Shown here in pieces: positions 41,300-44,680 of a DNA stretch of 44,680 nt. Position 1 is the stretch's first letter. Each line of letters opens with the position of its first letter. The stretch spans positions 38,663-83,342 of the forward strand of contig MHPJ01000009.1 of NCBI GenBank assembly GCA_001822065.1, in the 5' to 3' direction. A program made the translations under genes and the position numbers. This DNA comes from Candidatus Staskawiczbacteria bacterium RIFOXYB1_FULL_37_44 (GTDB lineage Bacteria > Patescibacteriota > Minisyncoccia > Minisyncoccales > Staskawiczbacteraceae). The notes below the pieces were generated by a model. That model did not search any database. It saw nothing but the letters and a program-made list of their open reading frames with translations, and was not told where the DNA came from.

Positions 41300-42493
41300 A
41301 TGAAAAATGAGGCTAAAAACAGAAATGTTTGGTATGTGGGGTGGTTGAGTTTTTTTGGCGGGATAAGCCAAGATATTTTTTCACCAATTTTACCGATTTA
41401 TTTGACCTCAATATTAGGTTTTGACAAAACTGTTGTTGGAATTGCCGAAGGCATTGTAGGCGCCAGCGCGCAAATTTTAAAAATTGCTTCGGGATATTTG
41501 TCCGATAAATTTAGCAAGCAAAAGCCCATAATTTTTTTGGGATATTTTTTATCAATGATCGGCCGGATTTTGCTTGTGTTTTTTACATCTATTGGGTGGG
41601 TGGTTGGCCTAAGATTATTAGACGGGACAGGCAAGGGAATCAAAGATCCGCCAAAAGATGTGCTGGTGGCTGGCTCGTCTGCAAAGGAAACCCGCGGAAA
41701 AAGTTTTGGAATTGCCAGAATGTTGGACACTTTGGGAAGCGTTGCTGGGCCGTTAATTTTATTTGTTTTATTGTGGATTTTTCAGGGCAGCGCATCGCTT
41801 TATCATAAAATTTTGCTTTTCTCTGCCGTACCGTTGATTATAACGCTCTTACTTGTCTTTAAACTGCGTGAACTTCCACTGGTTGTCATTGCGAGCCGCA
41901 GCGAAGCAATCCAGAGTAAGTACAATGACACAGGAAAATTGCCGAAAAATTTTTATATTTTTATTTTTATAATAATGATTTTCACATTGGGCAATTCATC
42001 TGACGCATTTCTAATTTTACGGGCAAAAAATTTGGGAATTACTTTGCTCCAAATTCCTTTGGTTATTGCGCTTTTCAATTTAATTTATGCGTTGGCTGCA
42101 GTTCCATTTGGAAGCTTGTCTGATAAAATTGGCAGAATTCCCACGCTTCTTATCGGCTGGCTTGCTTTCGCTTTGGTTTATTTAGGATTTGCCTTTGCCT
42201 CGGGGCCAATTTTAATTTGGTTTTTGTACGCTTTTTACGGAGTTTATTATGCGACAAGCGAAGGTGTTTCACGCGCATTGCTTGCAGACATTGTGCCGGC
42301 CTCGCGTCGCGGAAAAGCTTTTGGAATTTACGGAATGGCAGTTGGGCTGACAATTTTGCCTGCCAGTTTTTTAGCAGGCTTTTTATGGGACAAATTCGGC
42401 GCGCCCGTTCCGTTTTACTTTGGAGCAGTTATGTCGCTTATTGCATGTTTTGGCTTGCTTTTATTCGCGAAAAAACAGCGTTTTGCCTCTTGA
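41300..42493 (+). CDS. MFS transporter
   Basis: About 12 hydrophobic helices, with the MFS loop motifs GYLSDKFSKQKP and GSLSDKIGRIP. Confidence 0.8.
   Translation: MKNEAKNRNVWYVGWLSFFGGISQDIFSPILPIYLTSILGFDKTVVGIAEGIVGASAQILKIASGYLSDKFSKQKPIIFLGYFLSMIGRILLVFFTSIGWVVGLRLLDGTGKGIKDPPKDVLVAGSSAKETRGKSFGIARMLDTLGSVAGPLILFVLLWIFQGSASLYHKILLFSAVPLIITLLLVFKLRELPLVVIASRSEAIQSKYNDTGKLPKNFYIFIFIIMIFTLGNSSDAFLILRAKNLGITLLQIPLVIALFNLIYALAAVPFGSLSDKIGRIPTLLIGWLAFALVYLGFAFASGPILIWFLYAFYGVYYATSEGVSRALLADIVPASRRGKAFGIYGMAVGLTILPASFLAGFLWDKFGAPVPFYFGAVMSLIACFGLLLFAKKQRFAS
41885..41917. repeat. Half-copy of the 27465-27541 palindromic element embedded in frame in the MFS gene
   Basis: GTCATTGCGAGCCGCAGCGAAGCAATCCAGAGT compares with the reverse complement of the right half of the element, GTCATTGCGAGGAGCGTAGCGACGAAGCAATCCAGAGT. 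CGAAGCAATCCAGAGT (16 nt) and GTCATTGCGAG (11 nt) are identical. It is translated as VVIASRSEAIQSK in the central loop. Confidence 0.7.
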
Positions 42494-42523
42494 TTTTTTA
42501 ATTTTTTCGGTTATAATGGCAGT

Positions 42524-42988
42524 ATGGAAAATGAAGAAAAAAATGATGAGTTGAAGACGCTTCAACTCAAATGCGAAGAATATTTAAATGGCTGGAAACG
42601 CGAGCGAGCTGATTTTTTGAACTATAAAAAGGAGGAAATGGAAAAAATTTCAAGCCTTGTAAAATATGCAAACGAAGAATTAATTTTAAAACTTTTGCCG
42701 GTTTTAGATAATTTGTGTTTGGCAGAAAAACATATTCCAGACAACAAAGAATTTGCCGAAGGATTTCTTCAAATTAAAAAACAGCTTTCAGATTTTTTAC
42801 AAAAAGAGGGAATTGAGCCAATAAGGACAATAGGCGAGGCGTTTAATCCTGAATTTATGGAAGTGGTTGAAGAGGTGAGCGATGATTCTGGATTGAAAGA
42901 AATTGGGACAGTAATTGAAGAAATTCAGCGCGGCTACACATTACACGGCAAACTAATCCGTGTTGCTCGCGTAAAAATTAGTAAATAA
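42524..42988 (+). CDS. grpE: Nucleotide exchange factor GrpE
   Basis: YLNGWKRERADFLNYKKE, LLPVLDNL, FNPEFMEVV and GYTLHGKLIRVARVKISK. Confidence 0.85.
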   Translation: MENEEKNDELKTLQLKCEEYLNGWKRERADFLNYKKEEMEKISSLVKYANEELILKLLPVLDNLCLAEKHIPDNKEFAEGFLQIKKQLSDFLQKEGIEPIRTIGEAFNPEFMEVVEEVSDDSGLKEIGTVIEEIQRGYTLHGKLIRVARVKISK

Positions 42989-42997
42989 AAATTACGG

Positions 42998-43651
42998 ATG
43001 ATAAATAAAGAAAAAATCATTGAAAAAATTGCGGGACATATAAAAAAAGAATTTGACGGTGATCCCAGCGGGCACGACTGGTGGCACGTTTATCGGGTTT
43101 GGAAAATGGCAAAAAAAATACAGAAAAAAGAAGGAGGGGATTTATTTATAATTGAGTTGGGTGCTCTGTTGCACGACATCGGCGATTGGAAATTTAATAA
43201 TGACGAAAAAGCAGGTTCAAAGAAATCCAGAGAATTGCTTAAAAAATTAAATGTTGATGAGCCAGCCATAAAACACATTTGTGATATTGTTGACAATGTT
43301 TCTTTTAAGGGAGTTAACCACAAAAATGGCATTACAACATTGGAAGGAAAAATTGTTCAGGATGCCGACAGATTAGACGCCATTGGAGCCATCTGTATTG
43401 CCAGAGTATTCGCTTATGGCGGAACCGTTGGAAGAGCAATATATGACCCAAAAATAAAACCAAAACCAAACCAATCATCAAAAGCATATAAAAAGAATAA
43501 AAGCTCGGGCATAAATCATTTCTACGAAAAAATTCTGCTTCTTAAAGATATATTAAATACCAAAACCGCAAAAAAGATTGCAATTCCGCGGCACAAATTT
43601 ATGGAAGCGTATCTTAAGGAATTTTTCAAGGAATGGGAGGCTGAAGTTTAG
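42998..43651 (+). CDS. HD-domain phosphohydrolase (YedJ-like)
   Basis: GHDWWHVYRV, GALLHDIGD, IVQDADRLDAIGA and HFYEKILLL. Confidence 0.8.
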   Translation: MINKEKIIEKIAGHIKKEFDGDPSGHDWWHVYRVWKMAKKIQKKEGGDLFIIELGALLHDIGDWKFNNDEKAGSKKSRELLKKLNVDEPAIKHICDIVDNVSFKGVNHKNGITTLEGKIVQDADRLDAIGAICIARVFAYGGTVGRAIYDPKIKPKPNQSSKAYKKNKSSGINHFYEKILLLKDILNTKTAKKIAIPRHKFMEAYLKEFFKEWEAEV

Positions 43652-43738
43652 TTTATCTTCCGCATAACCGATTAAATTTGTCGGTTATGAGAAAAAAATA
43701 AAAAATATAATAATAAAATAAAAATAAAATACAAAAAA

Positions 43739-44680
43739 ATGAGCAAAATACTTGGAATAGACTTGGGGACAACGTTTTCGGCAATGGCGGTTGTAGAATC
43801 TGGCGAGGCGAAAATTGTTGAAAATAAAGAAGGCGCCAGAACTACGCCGTCAATTGTTGCAATTTCAAAAAGCGGGGAACGGGTTGTTGGAGTATTGGCA
43901 AAAAGGCAAGCCGTCACAAATCCGCACAACACAATTTTTTCCGTAAAAAGATTAATTGGCAGAAAATTTTCTGACGCGGAAGTTCAGCGCGACAAGAAAT
44001 TATTGCCGTACGAAATTAGAGAGTCTGCCGATGGCGGAGTGGATGTTAAAATGGGCGATAAGTGGCTTAACCCGGCGGAAATTTCCGCAATGATTTTGCA
44101 AAAATTAAAAGCAGACGCGGAAGCAAAACTTGGCGAAACAATTACAGAAGCGATAATTACTTGCCCGGCATATTTTGACGACTCGCAGAGAAAAGCCACA
44201 AAAATTGCCGGAGAAATTGCCGGCTTCGACGTAAAAAGAGTTATTAACGAACCCACTGCCGCGGCATTGGCTTACGGCCTGAATAAAAAGAAAGACGAAA
44301 AAATTGTGGTTTATGATTTTGGCGGAGGAACTTTTGATATATCTATTCTGGATGTGGGAGCTGATACGGTTGAGGTGAAAGCTACCGGGGGCGACACGCA
44401 TTTGGGCGGAGATGATTTTGACCAGCGGATTATGAATTGGATTGTTGCCGAATTTAAAAAAAGCAACGGAGTTGATTTACAGCAGGACAACTTGGCCTTG
44501 CAAAGAATTAAAGAATCGGCGGAAAAAGCAAAAATTGAATTATCTTCAAGTTTGGAAGCTCAGATAAATTTGCCGTTTATTACTTCAGACCAAAATGGGC
44601 CCAAACATTTGGATTTAAAACTGACAAGGGCGCAATTGGAAGATATGGTGGCTGATTATTTGGACAAATCTATTTCTTTA
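43739..44680 (+). CDS. dnaK: Molecular chaperone DnaK (3' end runs off the window; not in the ORF track because no stop is reached)
   Basis: My translation from the ATG at 43739 is [20 protein letters not shown]...TTPSIVA...[14 protein letters not shown]...[41 protein letters not shown]...[14 protein letters not shown]...[11 protein letters not shown]. Confidence 0.95.
   Translation, partial: MSKILGIDLGTTFSAMAVVESGEAKIVENKEGARTTPSIVAISKSGERVVGVLAKRQAVTNPHNTIFSVKRLIGRKFSDAEVQRDKKLLPYEIRESADGGVDVKMGDKWLNPAEISAMILQKLKADAEAKLGETITEAIITCPAYFDDSQRKATKIAGEIAGFDVKRVINEPTAAALAYGLNKKKDEKIVVYDFGGGTFDISILDVGADTVEVKATGGDTHLGGDDFDQRIMNWIVAEFKKSNGVDLQQDNLALQRIKESAEKAKIELSSSLEAQINLPFITSDQNGPKHLDLKLTRAQLEDMVADYLDKSISL

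Noticed and set aside
43672-44401. Three minus-strand ORFs (86-98 aa)
   Set aside because: All are antisense to the unmistakable dnaK coding sequence. That sequence is missing from the ORF track only because it runs off the window end.
1-44680. Alternative genetic code (UGA recoded, as in some CPR lineages)
   Set aside because: TGA closes well-conserved proteins at the expected lengths and forms ATGA stop/start overlaps, for example at 7197-7200, 8229-8232, 20338-20341, 22381-22384 and 38745-38748. Standard code 11 fits.
1-44680. CRISPR arrays, transposases, integrases or prophage genes
   Set aside because: I looked for regularly spaced direct repeats and for DDE, serine or tyrosine recombinase motifs in all listed ORFs and found none. 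The only repeat families are the 77-nt palindrome with its half-copy and the 16-nt motif.

Overview
This is a low-GC bacterial chromosome segment. My hand counts of sample 60-nt lines give about 30-38% G+C, and as low as 10% in places. It holds about 55 protein genes and 3 tRNAs, and every credible gene lies on the + strand. The genetic code is standard, because TGA acts as the stop in several ATGA start/stop overlaps. I infer a Patescibacteria/CPR-like or similarly reduced genome, not proven. The grounds are small single-domain proteins, four receiver-only response regulators, a sortase, a Firmicute-like MurG, and almost no Shine-Dalgarno motifs.

Blocks in order:
1. A partial Cys-rich repeat/PKD surface protein and a truncated receiver remnant.
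2. A tightly packed 12-gene accessory operon (2170-11663). It encodes a methyltransferase, WbqC-like protein, FGE-family protein, radical SAM enzyme, PIG-L deacetylase, metallophosphoesterase, two overlapping dCTP-deaminase-fold paralogs, GT4, a GlmU-like nucleotidyltransferase, MurG and a P-loop kinase.
3. A single-gene island of about 50% GC (11808-12809).
4. Two histidine kinases, receiver-only regulators, tRNA-Trp, an ECF sigma/anti-sigma pair and a MacAB-type exporter.
5. mltG.
6. The rplJ-rplL pair with a structured leader, followed by tRNA-Val.
7. A 77-nt palindromic element and a membrane-anchored Clp/Hsp100.
8. A second island of about 50% GC (about 31990-33540) carrying a small ORF and a CCA/poly(A)-polymerase-like nucleotidyltransferase. 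Each gene is followed by a hairpin plus the same 16-nt motif.
9. mraZ-rsmH-ftsL-ftsI, ending at tRNA-Glu.
10. Sortase, a Cas4-like nuclease, a NOX-like flavocytochrome, FKBP, msrA, an MFS transporter, grpE, an HD hydrolase and partial dnaK.

I found no CRISPR array, transposase, integrase or reverse transcriptase. The most promising candidates for something undescribed are the 12-gene operon, especially its reciprocally degenerate dUTPase-fold pair, and the GC-anomalous nucleotidyltransferase cassette.
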